A stretch of 64,000 bases of DNA, taken from Planctomycetota bacterium (GTDB lineage Bacteria > Planctomycetota > Planctomycetia > Pirellulales > UBA1268). A model generated the notes under the pieces. The model saw nothing but the letters and a program-made list of their open reading frames with translations. It did no database searches and was not told where the DNA came from. Shown here one piece after another: positions 25,686 to 34,061 of the stretch. The stretch lies in assembly GCA_046046235.1 (NCBI GenBank), contig JBJOKF010000155.1, positions 3,947 to 67,946 of the forward strand, given 5' to 3'. The position numbers and the translations under genes are program-made. Each line of letters begins with the position of its first letter. Positions within the stretch are counted from its first letter, which is position 1.

Positions 25686-27235
25686 TGCCGGTGCCCGAAC
25701 CCGCCGCGGAGGCCGCGGTGACCGCGGTGAGCATCGCCCGTGCCGTGGGCAGCGGCGCGTGCCCGCCGTCCGATGCGCTGGACGAGCATGTCGTGCGGCA
25801 TCGCGCGACCCATGCCTCCCTCAACGCGCTCGTGCAACCGCGACACGCGGCGGCACGGGTCGAGGCGAGCCGCCTGGCTGCGGCCGGGCGGGAGGCGGTG
25901 GCGCTCCCACTGGCCGGCGTGCCGGTGAGCGTGAAGGAATGCTTCGGGGTGTCGGGGCTGGTCACGACCCTCGGCATCCCGGCGCGACGGCACGCCGTCG
26001 ATTCCGCCGACGCACCGATCGTCACCCGTTTGCGGCAGGCCGGTGCCCTCGTCGTGGGCAAGGCGAACGTGCCGCAGGCGATGTATTTGCACGAGACCGA
26101 CAATCCGGTCTGGGGCCGCACCAACCACCCGCGCAATCCAGCCCGCAGCCCGGGCGGGTCGAGCGGTGGTGACGCGGCGCTGGTGGCGGCGGGCGTGGTG
26201 CCGCTGGCGGTCGGCACCGATCTGGCCGGCAGCATTCGCCAGCCGGCCCATGCCTGCGGAATCCTCGGTCTCCTGCCCCGGACCGTGACGCTCGGCGACG
26301 GCGGCGCGTTCGACACGGTGCCGAGTCTCGTCGTGGTGCGACCGCGGGCGGGCTTCCTCGCCCGTACGGTCGACGATCTCGCCCTGGCGCTCGCGGCGCT
26401 CGGCGGCCCGTCGGCGGCGGGCGTGCCGGACGGTGGACCGGCGCTGCGTGTCGGCACCTGGGATGACACCGGCCCGCTCGCGGCCTCGCCCGCCGTCCGC
26501 CGCGCGGTGGCCGAGGCGGAGGCGACGCTCGTCCGTGCCGGGGCGAGGGTGGAACGGCTCGACGGCGCGCTCGCCGAGGAGGCCGCCTGGCTGCTGCTCG
26601 GGCTCCTGTCGGCCGATGGCGGCGCGGATGTCCGCCGGCTGTTCGCCGGCACACGGCCGATGCCGCAAGTGCGACGACTCTTGCGGCTGGCGGCCCTGCC
26701 GGGCTGGATCCGACCCTGGCTGGCGTCGGCCGCCCGCGCCGGCGGCCGACGGATCGAGGCTCGCGCCCTCGGGGCCACGGGACCACGGCGCGGGGCGGCC
26801 TTGACCGGTCTGCTCGATCAGATCGCCGATTTTGCCGCGCGGTTCGCGGCTGCCACCGCCCGGTTCGACGCGCTCGTCTGTCCGGTGTCGGCCGTCCCGG
26901 CGCTGCCCCATGGCCTGGCCTCCAAACTCGTCGTCGCCGCGGCCCCGTGCCTCCTGGCCAACCTGCTCGACCTTGCCGCCGGTGCCGTGCCGATCACGCA
27001 GGTCCGCGACGAGGAGCAGGCGGGGCGTGGAGCGTCCCGCGATCCGGTCGTGAGGGCGGCGATCACCGCCGATCGGGAGAGCGCGGGCCTGCCGGTCGGC
27101 GTGCAGGTGATCGGCCTGCCGCCGCGGCCGGGCTCCGTCGATCCGCGTCAGCCCGAGGCGGTCGTCCTCGAGACCATGCGGCTGCTCGTCGCCCCGCGCG
27201 GCGGGGCGGGTGTCGCCACCGAAAGGGTGGGGTAG
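25685..27235 (+). CDS. Amidase-signature (AS) family amidase
   Basis: GVPVSVKECF, the GGSSGGDAALVAAG motif and GTDLAGSIRQPA (Ser-cisSer-Lys triad context). The ATG overlaps the upstream stop by 1 nt. Confidence 0.9.
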   Translation: MPVPEPAAEAAVTAVSIARAVGSGACPPSDALDEHVVRHRATHASLNALVQPRHAAARVEASRLAAAGREAVALPLAGVPVSVKECFGVSGLVTTLGIPARRHAVDSADAPIVTRLRQAGALVVGKANVPQAMYLHETDNPVWGRTNHPRNPARSPGGSSGGDAALVAAGVVPLAVGTDLAGSIRQPAHACGILGLLPRTVTLGDGGAFDTVPSLVVVRPRAGFLARTVDDLALALAALGGPSAAGVPDGGPALRVGTWDDTGPLAASPAVRRAVAEAEATLVRAGARVERLDGALAEEAAWLLLGLLSADGGADVRRLFAGTRPMPQVRRLLRLAALPGWIRPWLASAARAGGRRIEARALGATGPRRGAALTGLLDQIADFAARFAAATARFDALVCPVSAVPALPHGLASKLVVAAAPCLLANLLDLAAGAVPITQVRDEEQAGRGASRDPVVRAAITADRESAGLPVGVQVIGLPPRPGSVDPRQPEAVVLETMRLLVAPRGGAGVATERVG

Positions 27236-27258
27236 AATAGGACATCAGGGGCGATCCC

Positions 27259-28134
27259 ATGCGGTGGCGGAGTCGCCGCCCGAAAGGCGAGCCATCGATG
27301 CTTGAAGACCGCGAACAGAAACCGCAGCGGGGCCAGGAACTCGCGCCCGTCGTCGAGGAGTTTCCCTCGGTGCAGCGGATCGTGCGTTGGGTGTCGGAAC
27401 GCGACGCGGTGGGCAGGCCCGACGCTTCCTGCTACGCCCCGGAGGACATTCACGAGTTCCGTCCGACCTTGCGGCCGCCCGTGCCGGTGCTCACCGTGCT
27501 CGACGACGGCTCGATGGAGCAGGGCGAGGATGTCCGGCTGCGGCGGGAGCGGCTGTCGATCGGCCGTCTGTCGGGAGACATCGAGCTTCCAAACGACTCG
27601 TCGGTCTCGGCGAGCCACGCCGAGATCCGACGGACGCCCTGGAAGGGTGGCTTCCAGTGGCACCTCCACGATCTCGACAGCGTCAACGGCACGTTCGTTC
27701 GCTGCCTGCGGGCGGTCGTGCACGAGAACGCGATCCTGATTCTCGGGTCGCGCCGGTTTCGACTGCGGAACCCGTTGCGTCCGCGGACGGTGCCCGCCTC
27801 GGCCGCGGAGACGAATCAACTCGACGGCCGCCACATCCCCGAGACCGTCTGGCCGGTGCTGGCCGAGGCTTCCACCAAGGCCGGCGCCGTGGAAGTTCCA
27901 CTGCGGTCCGAGCGGCTTGTCATCGGCCGGGCCGGCGGCGGCGCCGATGTCGAACTCGACGACCCGCTGCTGGCCAACACGCATGCCACGCTCAAGCGGA
28001 TGCGGGACGGATCGTGGATGATCACGTCGGAGACGACCCGCAACGGCATCTGGGTGTCGGTGTCGGCGGTGGCGCTGACGCCGTACTGCTTCTTCCGCTG
28101 CGGCGAGCAGCGGTTTCGCTTCATGATTCCCTGA
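27259..28134 (+). CDS. Protein with two FHA (phosphothreonine-binding) domains
   Basis: RLSIGRLSGDIELPNDSSVSASHAEI...DLDSVNGTFV and RLVIGRAGGGADVELDDPLLANTHATL...SETTRNGIWV are two FHA core patterns. 23 nt after the amidase stop. Confidence 0.85.
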   Translation: MRWRSRRPKGEPSMLEDREQKPQRGQELAPVVEEFPSVQRIVRWVSERDAVGRPDASCYAPEDIHEFRPTLRPPVPVLTVLDDGSMEQGEDVRLRRERLSIGRLSGDIELPNDSSVSASHAEIRRTPWKGGFQWHLHDLDSVNGTFVRCLRAVVHENAILILGSRRFRLRNPLRPRTVPASAAETNQLDGRHIPETVWPVLAEASTKAGAVEVPLRSERLVIGRAGGGADVELDDPLLANTHATLKRMRDGSWMITSETTRNGIWVSVSAVALTPYCFFRCGEQRFRFMIP

Positions 28135-28179
28135 GCTGCTCTGACTTTGGCGCTGGCTCTGGCTCCGTCGTGGCGACAC

Positions 28180-28227
28180 GTTTTTCAACGTGTCGAATCC
28201 GGGGTGCTGTTCGACACGTTGAAAAAC
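28180..28227. repeat. 18-bp perfect inverted repeat with a 12-nt spacer (GTTTTTCAACGTGTCGAA ... TTCGACACGTTGAAAAAC) between the convergent FHA and cheB genes; candidate bidirectional terminator or operator
   Basis: Arms 28180-28197 and 28210-28227 are exact reverse complements. The left arm overlaps a second local palindrome, CGACACGTT-TTTC-AACGTGTCG (28174-28195). Confidence 0.85.
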
Positions 28228-28288
28228 CCGCCGCAACGGGCCGCAAGGGTGGCCCTCAGCCGGGTTTTCGCACCGAGGCCTGCCGCGT

Positions 28289-29305
28289 TCACCGCAGGTG
28301 GTCCAGGATCGATTGCGGCATCCGCTCCACGGGCAGTACCGCGGCCGCCGCCCCGAGGTCGATGGCGGCCTTGGGCATGCTCCAGACCACGCTCGTCGCC
28401 TCGTCCTGGGCGATCGTGTGCCAGCCCCGGGACCGCAGCCTGTTCATGCCGCGGGCGCCGTCGCGACCCATGCCGGTCAGCAGCACGGCGACGCCCGGGG
28501 CGGGCCAGTGGTCGGCGATGCTCTCGAAAAAGACGTCGACGCTCGGTCGGAAGAAGATGTCGCGCGGCTCGGAGCGATAGTCGAGCGATCCCGCCGCGGT
28601 CAGCACGAGATGGTCGTTGGTGCCCGCGAGGAGCACCGTGCCGGCGACCGGCCGTCGCCCCGGGACCACGACGTCCACCAGATGGCCCGTCTGCTCCGCG
28701 AGCCAGCGGGCCAGCCCCGCCGCGAAGGCCACGTCGACATGCTGCACGACCACCGTCGCCAGGTTGCCGTCTCGGGGCAGGTGCCGCACCAGGTCCGCCA
28801 CCGCCTTGGGCCCGCCGGTCGAGGCGCCGATGACGAGCAGCCGCGGTGCGGCCCCGGTCGGCGCCGCGGCCGTGGGACGCGGACGGCGGGTGTCGGCGGC
28901 GGGGCCCAGGAGCTTGGCGATCAGGTCGATCTTCCGGGCGAGCGGCGAGCCGCCCGCCAACGCGCCGTCGGGGCCGAGTGCCGGCGTGTCGACCGCGTCG
29001 AGCGCCCCGTACCCCATCGCCTCGTAGACCAAGGAGATGTTGCCGCTCACGGTGGCCGTCACGATCAGGATCGCGCACGGTGCGGCCGCCATGATCTGCC
29101 GGGTCGCCTGCGCGCCGTCGAGGTGCGGCATGAGCAGGTCCATGAGGATCAGGTCGGGCCGGTCTCGCTTCGCGAGCGCCACCGCCTCCACGCCATCCCC
29201 GGCGATCCAGGCGACTTCGTGTCCCGGCAGGCCGGCGACGACGCGGCGCAGGGCCTCTCCGGCCGCCCGCACGTCGTTGACGATCGCGATCCGCACGCCA
29301 TCCAC
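28289..29305 (-). CDS. cheB: Chemotaxis response regulator protein-glutamate methylesterase (CheB; WspF-like)
   Basis: REC domain (IAIVNDV..., DLILMDLLMP) plus methylesterase motifs LLVIGASTGGP, VVVQH and GMGRDGA. The N-terminal IVND resembles WspF rather than the DD pair of classical CheB. Confidence 0.92.
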   Translation of the reverse strand: MDGVRIAIVNDVRAAGEALRRVVAGLPGHEVAWIAGDGVEAVALAKRDRPDLILMDLLMPHLDGAQATRQIMAAAPCAILIVTATVSGNISLVYEAMGYGALDAVDTPALGPDGALAGGSPLARKIDLIAKLLGPAADTRRPRPTAAAPTGAAPRLLVIGASTGGPKAVADLVRHLPRDGNLATVVVQHVDVAFAAGLARWLAEQTGHLVDVVVPGRRPVAGTVLLAGTNDHLVLTAAGSLDYRSEPRDIFFRPSVDVFFESIADHWPAPGVAVLLTGMGRDGARGMNRLRSRGWHTIAQDEATSVVWSMPKAAIDLGAAAAVLPVERMPQSILDHLR

Positions 29306-29329
29306 TCCCGCCGTGGTCCGGCCGCGCGC

Positions 29330-31546
29330 TCAGTCCAGCGGCTCGCCGATCAGGTCGACGATCGTACGCACGAAACTGTCGTCGTGGAAACTGGTCTTCG
29401 TGAGGTAGCGGTTGGCCCCCGCGTCGAGGCCCCGCAGCCGGTCCTCCTCCCGGTCCTTGTACGACAGGATGACGACGGGCGTGGCCCGTCGCGCCGGGTC
29501 GGCCTTCAGGAGCGACACCAGGCCGATGCCGTCGAGCCGCGGCATGTCCACGTCGGTCACCACGAGGTCGTACGCCGACGCCCGCACCGCCTCCCACGCC
29601 TCCATGCCGTCGGCCGCGACGTCGACCAGGTAGCCCCGCGCGGCGAGCAGCTGCCGCTCGAGCTCCCGCACGGTGATCGAGTCGTCGACCACGAGGATCC
29701 GCTTGCGGCGCCGCGGGGCCGGCCGCTGCCGCGCCGGCCCGAGCGGCACCGGCTCCAACCGCCGGCCCGCCAGCAGGCCCTCGACCGATCGTGTCAGGTC
29801 GTCGACATCGATGATCAGCACCGGGCTGCCGTCCTCGAGCAGCGCCGCCGCCGCGATGTCGGGAATCTTGCCGAGGCGTTGGTCGAGCGGCCGCACCTCG
29901 AGGTCGCGCTCGCCATAAAAGGCGTCGACGATGAGACCGTACGACCGGCCGCGCTCGGAGATCATCACGACCTGCAGGGGGTCGGCCGCCGGGGGCGCCG
30001 GCGTCAGCTCGAGCACCTGCGACATGAGCACGAGACCGATCGGCAGGCCGTCGTGGTCGATGTATTGCCGCCCCTCCACGGTGCGGATATCCGCGGGACG
30101 GCAGTGCAAGATTCGCTCGATGCGGGGCAGCGGGAAGGCGTACGGGGCGCCCGCGATGCCGACGATCAGACCGCGGATCACCGACAGCGTGATCGGCAGT
30201 TGGAGCGAGAACGTCGTCTGCCGGTCGGGCACGGTCGTCAGCCGCACGCTGCCGCCGCACGCCTTGACGAAGCTCCGCACGGCGTCGAGCCCCACACCGC
30301 GGCCCGAGATGTCCGTCACGCTGCTCCGCGTGGAGAAGCCCGGATGGAAGAGCAGGTCGAGCAGCTCGGGGTCGTTCAGGCAGGCCGGGCCCCCTTCCGG
30401 CACGAGGCCCCGCGCGACCGCCGCGGCCCGCACGGCGACCTGGTCGACACCCGCACCGTCGTCGGTGACCGTGATCGCGAGCATGCCGGCGCGATGCCGG
30501 GCCTCCAGCACAACGGTGCCGACGGCCGGCTTACCGGCCGCCTCGCGGCGCTCGGGCGGCTCGATGCCGTGATCGAGAGCATTGCGGATCAGGTGTGCGA
30601 GCGCCGCTTCGAGGCGGTCGAGAATGTCGCGGTCGACCCCGGTCTGCTCGCCGCGGATCTCGAGCCGCACCTGCTTGCCGAGCGACCGCGCCATGTCCCG
30701 CACCATCCGCGGCAGACCGCGGACGCCGTCGGCGAAGGGCCGCATCCGGCTGGCCAGCACCTGATGCTGCATCCGCTCCGTGAGTTCCGCCGTGCGGTGC
30801 GCGCAGGCGTCGAAGTCCGCCGCGTGACGCGCGAGGGCGGCGAGGATCGCCTCGGCCTGCCGGCGCACCGCCGCGAGACGGTCAGCGGCGGGGCGGGGGT
30901 CGTGCCGGGCGTCGGCGGTCGCGACGGTGGCCCGCAGTCGCTTGTGCACCGCCCGCAGATCGGCGCCGAGGGACGCGAGCTTGCGCGTCTCGACCAGGGC
31001 CTCGCCGGTGAGCGCGACCAGGCGGCTGAGGTTGTCGGCCGAGACACGGACGACCCGGTTCGGCGACGCGGTCTCGGTCTCGGGGGACGCAGCGGGAGCG
31101 TCTGGCTCTGGCGGCGCCGGCTGCCGGGGACGCGCCATGGCGTCGGGCGGGGACTCCATGCCCGGCGCGGCCAACCGCGCGACGATCGCCTCGGCCCGCG
31201 TTGCCCAAGGGCTCCCAGCGGTCAACGCGTCGTCGGCGCGGGAGATCGTCGCCAGGAAGTCGACTCCCGCCAACAGGGCGTCCACGCGGGCGGGAGACAA
31301 CCCGCCGCCGGTGCCGAGCGCCGCGAAGACCTCCTCCAGCGCGTGCGCCACCCGCTCGGCGGGCTCGAGGCCGATGATGCGGGCGGCGCCCTTGAGCGAG
31401 TGGGCCGACCGCATCATCGACTCGAGCTCGGCGGACGAGCGGCGGCCGCCTTCGGCAGCCAGGATGGCGGCGGAAAGCGCTGCGGTCTGCGCGTCCACCT
31501 CGAGCTGGAACAGCTCGAGCATCGAGAATCCGCTCAGGTCTGCCAT
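29330..31546 (-). CDS. cheA: Hybrid chemosensory histidine kinase CheA with C-terminal receiver (WspE-like): Hpt, dimerisation, HATPase, CheW-like and REC domains
   Basis: Hpt SAHSLKGAARIIG, HLIRNALDHGIE, DDGAGV and GRGVGLD ATPase boxes, a CheW-like domain, then KRILVVDDS...DLVVTDVDMPRLDG. Start ATG 31546 has AGGAG 8 nt upstream. Confidence 0.93.
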   Translation of the reverse strand: MADLSGFSMLELFQLEVDAQTAALSAAILAAEGGRRSSAELESMMRSAHSLKGAARIIGLEPAERVAHALEEVFAALGTGGGLSPARVDALLAGVDFLATISRADDALTAGSPWATRAEAIVARLAAPGMESPPDAMARPRQPAPPEPDAPAASPETETASPNRVVRVSADNLSRLVALTGEALVETRKLASLGADLRAVHKRLRATVATADARHDPRPAADRLAAVRRQAEAILAALARHAADFDACAHRTAELTERMQHQVLASRMRPFADGVRGLPRMVRDMARSLGKQVRLEIRGEQTGVDRDILDRLEAALAHLIRNALDHGIEPPERREAAGKPAVGTVVLEARHRAGMLAITVTDDGAGVDQVAVRAAAVARGLVPEGGPACLNDPELLDLLFHPGFSTRSSVTDISGRGVGLDAVRSFVKACGGSVRLTTVPDRQTTFSLQLPITLSVIRGLIVGIAGAPYAFPLPRIERILHCRPADIRTVEGRQYIDHDGLPIGLVLMSQVLELTPAPPAADPLQVVMISERGRSYGLIVDAFYGERDLEVRPLDQRLGKIPDIAAAALLEDGSPVLIIDVDDLTRSVEGLLAGRRLEPVPLGPARQRPAPRRRKRILVVDDSITVRELERQLLAARGYLVDVAADGMEAWEAVRASAYDLVVTDVDMPRLDGIGLVSLLKADPARRATPVVILSYKDREEDRLRGLDAGANRYLTKTSFHDDSFVRTIVDLIGEPLD

Positions 31547-32265
31547 GGACTCGGCTCCTGTGCGGCGACATGCGTCCCTGTGGCGAGCGATTCGAGTCTG
31601 TGGAGCAGCCGTTCCACGTCGAGCATGCCGACGCTGCGGCCTTGCCAATCAAGCACCGCGTCGGTCGCCTGCCACCGCGCGGCCCGCACCGTGGCGGGCG
31701 GGGGCTTGAGCGTGTCTCGGCCGACCCTGTCGATGCCGGCGACCTCATCGACGGCCAGAGCCCAACCGCCGGCCGCCCGGGCCCCGGGCCGCGCGATCAG
31801 CAGCAGCCGCGCCGCATCCCCACGGTCGGCCGGTGACGTGGGCAGATCGAGCAGAGCCTCCAGCCCAAAGGCCGGGTGGATCTGGCCGCGGATGTTGACG
31901 AGGCCCAGCAGCGGCAGGGCCTCCCGATGCGGAAGCGCGCGGATCGGTCGCGGCGTCGTCACCTCCACCAGGGCCCCCGTCGGCAGGGCGAACCATTCGG
32001 CGGCGACCCGAAACACGAGCACCGACAGCTCCGCGGCGGCCTCCTCGAGGGGCTGCTCCAGGATCTCCTGCCACGACTCGCGGTAGCCGGGCGGGGCGGG
32101 CCGCTCGAAGAAAACACGGGCCGCCGCCGCGATCACGGGACAGTTGCGGCAGTGGATGAAACGGCCGAGCTCGGGGCAGGTCCGATTCCCGGACGTGCCG
32201 ACGTGGCGCCAGCACTCGGGCACGGGCGGGACGACGCGTGGAGTCAGTTCGGGGCCGGACGTCAT
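31534..32265 (-). CDS. cheW: CheW-domain coupling protein with a Cys-rich N-terminal extension (WspD-like)
   Basis: CheW-like core (LVFRVAAEWFALPTGALVEV...LLGLVNIRGQI) preceded by CWRHVGTSGNRTCPELGRFIHCRNCPV. The start overlaps the cheR stop (ATGA). Confidence 0.85.
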   Translation of the reverse strand: MTSGPELTPRVVPPVPECWRHVGTSGNRTCPELGRFIHCRNCPVIAAAARVFFERPAPPGYRESWQEILEQPLEEAAAELSVLVFRVAAEWFALPTGALVEVTTPRPIRALPHREALPLLGLVNIRGQIHPAFGLEALLDLPTSPADRGDAARLLLIARPGARAAGGWALAVDEVAGIDRVGRDTLKPPPATVRAARWQATDAVLDWQGRSVGMLDVERLLHRLESLATGTHVAAQEPSPWQT

Positions 32266-33503
32266 GCCTCACCCTTCCTGGCGAGCACCCGCGCGGCCGA
32301 ATGCCGATACCGGTCCGCCATGGTGCGATCGCCACGCTCGTCGGCGATGAGGGCCAGCTCGAGCAGGGCGTCCGCGCGATCGGGATCCAGGTAGAGCGCC
32401 TTGTGCAGGCAGCCTTCCGCCTGGTCGACCGCGCCCACCCGCCGCTCGAGCATCGCCAGCAGAAAGAAGCCGGGCGCCGTCGGTGCGGTGGCGACGGCGC
32501 GGCGGCAGCACTCGATGGCCTCGGCGATCCTGCCGGACTCGCCGAGAGCCCGAGCCGCGCGCAGGGCGGCCTCCGGATCGGTGGGCGCTGCGGCGGTGAT
32601 GGGCGCTCGTTGCCGGCCGCCCGCGTCCGCGGGCACCTTGGCCGCCGGCACCGTGGCCGGAGGGCGGGCCGTCGAGACGCCCTTCGCGGCCGAAGTCGGC
32701 GCGGTCGTGACGCGGCGGAGGACGAACGAGGACCCGACCCCGGCGGTGGCCCAGCGTCCCGCGAGCATGGCCGGTTCGGCGGCGCCGACGACGAGCAGGC
32801 CGTCGGCCGCGAGCAGCCTGTCGCAGGTCCGCTCCACCTGCCTGCGGGAATCCATGTCGAGATAGATGAGCAGGTTGCGGCAGAGGACGACGTCGTACGG
32901 CCCGCGGCCGGCGCAGAAGCCCGGATCGAGGAGGTTTCCCCAGGCGAATCCCACCCGGCTCCTGAGCCGTTCATCGAGCACCGCCATGGTGCCGTCGCTC
33001 TGAAACCACCGGTCCCTGAAGCCGAGATCCGGCGTACGGAACGCATTGGCCGAGTAGCGGCCGGCCACCGCCCTGCCCAGCGCCTGCCGGCTCACGTCGA
33101 ACGCGTCGATCCGGAAGCGTTCGGCAGCGAGGCCGGCGTCGAGAAGCGTTATCGCCACGGAGTAGGGCTCCTCGCCGGCGGCGCAGGGGGCGCACAGGAT
33201 CGTCAGAGGCGGGAGGTGAGGACCATCGCGTCGGGCCGCCGCGAGCAGCCGCAGGTCGTCGAATACCGCCTCGTCGCGAAAAAACCAGCTTTCAGGCACG
33301 ACCACCTCGTCGATGAGCCGGTCGCGCTCTTCGCGGTCGCCGGCGATCCGGGCGACGTAGGCATCCCGATCCGCGGCGGCGACCGCGGCCATCCTCAGCC
33401 GGACGGCGCGGTCGATGGCCGTCGTGCCGATCGTCGTCGGATCGAGCCCGATCCAGCGACCGAGCAGTTGCTCGACGGTGGGGGACGGTGGGGGGGCGGT
33501 CAT
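32262..33503 (-). CDS. cheR: Chemotaxis protein methyltransferase CheR with C-terminal TPR region (WspC-like)
   Basis: ESWFFRD, ILCAPCAAGEEPYS and VVLCRNLLIYLD are SAM-methyltransferase motifs, followed by a TPR-like tail. ATG 33503 has GGGGAGG upstream and overlaps the cheW stop. The track ORF extends spuriously to 33992. Confidence 0.9.
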   Translation of the reverse strand: MTAPPPSPTVEQLLGRWIGLDPTTIGTTAIDRAVRLRMAAVAAADRDAYVARIAGDREERDRLIDEVVVPESWFFRDEAVFDDLRLLAAARRDGPHLPPLTILCAPCAAGEEPYSVAITLLDAGLAAERFRIDAFDVSRQALGRAVAGRYSANAFRTPDLGFRDRWFQSDGTMAVLDERLRSRVGFAWGNLLDPGFCAGRGPYDVVLCRNLLIYLDMDSRRQVERTCDRLLAADGLLVVGAAEPAMLAGRWATAGVGSSFVLRRVTTAPTSAAKGVSTARPPATVPAAKVPADAGGRQRAPITAAAPTDPEAALRAARALGESGRIAEAIECCRRAVATAPTAPGFFLLAMLERRVGAVDQAEGCLHKALYLDPDRADALLELALIADERGDRTMADRYRHSAARVLARKGEA

Positions 33504-34003
33504 GGCTGCCTCCCCGCGGGCGCCGTCGGCTCCGTTTCGGCCGGAGCGCCGGCCGCGGCGGCAAGCCCGCGCCACGCGCCGGGAGGCAGCAGCCGATCCA
33601 CGTCGATGCACTGAATCGTCCGGCCGTCGAGCCGCAGGCACTCGGCGAAGCAGGGGGCGGCGAGGCCCGAGACGTCCGGCAGCCGGTCCGTGGCGGCGGT
33701 GTCGTCGCACAGGCTCAGGACGGCCTCCGCCGCGACGCCCAGGCGGGCAGGCCGCTCGGTGCCCGCCCGCGGCATATCGACGACGATCACACGCGTGCTG
33801 AGCCGGTCGCGGAGCGGTGGCCCGCCCAGCAGGCGGGCGAGGTCGATCAGCGGCGTCAGCCGTCCTCGGTGCACGAAGAGGCCGCGCACGGCGGCGGGGG
33901 CGTCGGGAAGCGGTCGGGTCGCGAGGAGCGGCACGACCTCGACCACGCGCCGCGACGGGATCGCGTAGTTGTCGCCGCCGACGGTGAAGCAAAGCAGTTG
34001 CAT
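33500..34003 (-). CDS. cheW: CheW coupling protein (WspB-like)
   Basis: MQLLCFTVGGDNYAIPSRRVVEVVP...VRGLFVHRGRLTPLIDL is a CheW pattern. An alternative TTG start exists at 34015. Confidence 0.88.
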   Translation of the reverse strand: MQLLCFTVGGDNYAIPSRRVVEVVPLLATRPLPDAPAAVRGLFVHRGRLTPLIDLARLLGGPPLRDRLSTRVIVVDMPRAGTERPARLGVAAEAVLSLCDDTAATDRLPDVSGLAAPCFAECLRLDGRTIQCIDVDRLLPPGAWRGLAAAAGAPAETEPTAPAGRQP

Positions 34004-34061
34004 GGTCGGGACCAACGCTGCGGTCGCCAGGGCCGAGGGCCGGGCCCGCGGACCAGGGCGG

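Noticed and set aside
28298-32086. 1262-aa plus-strand ORF (and 33969..37769, 1266 aa) across the chemosensory cluster
   Set aside because: Both are antisense to cheB/cheA and to the MCP/lpxA genes, with biased Arg/Gly/His composition. Only the terminal 105 aa of the second ORF (37452..37769, TPR protein with its own ATG) was kept.
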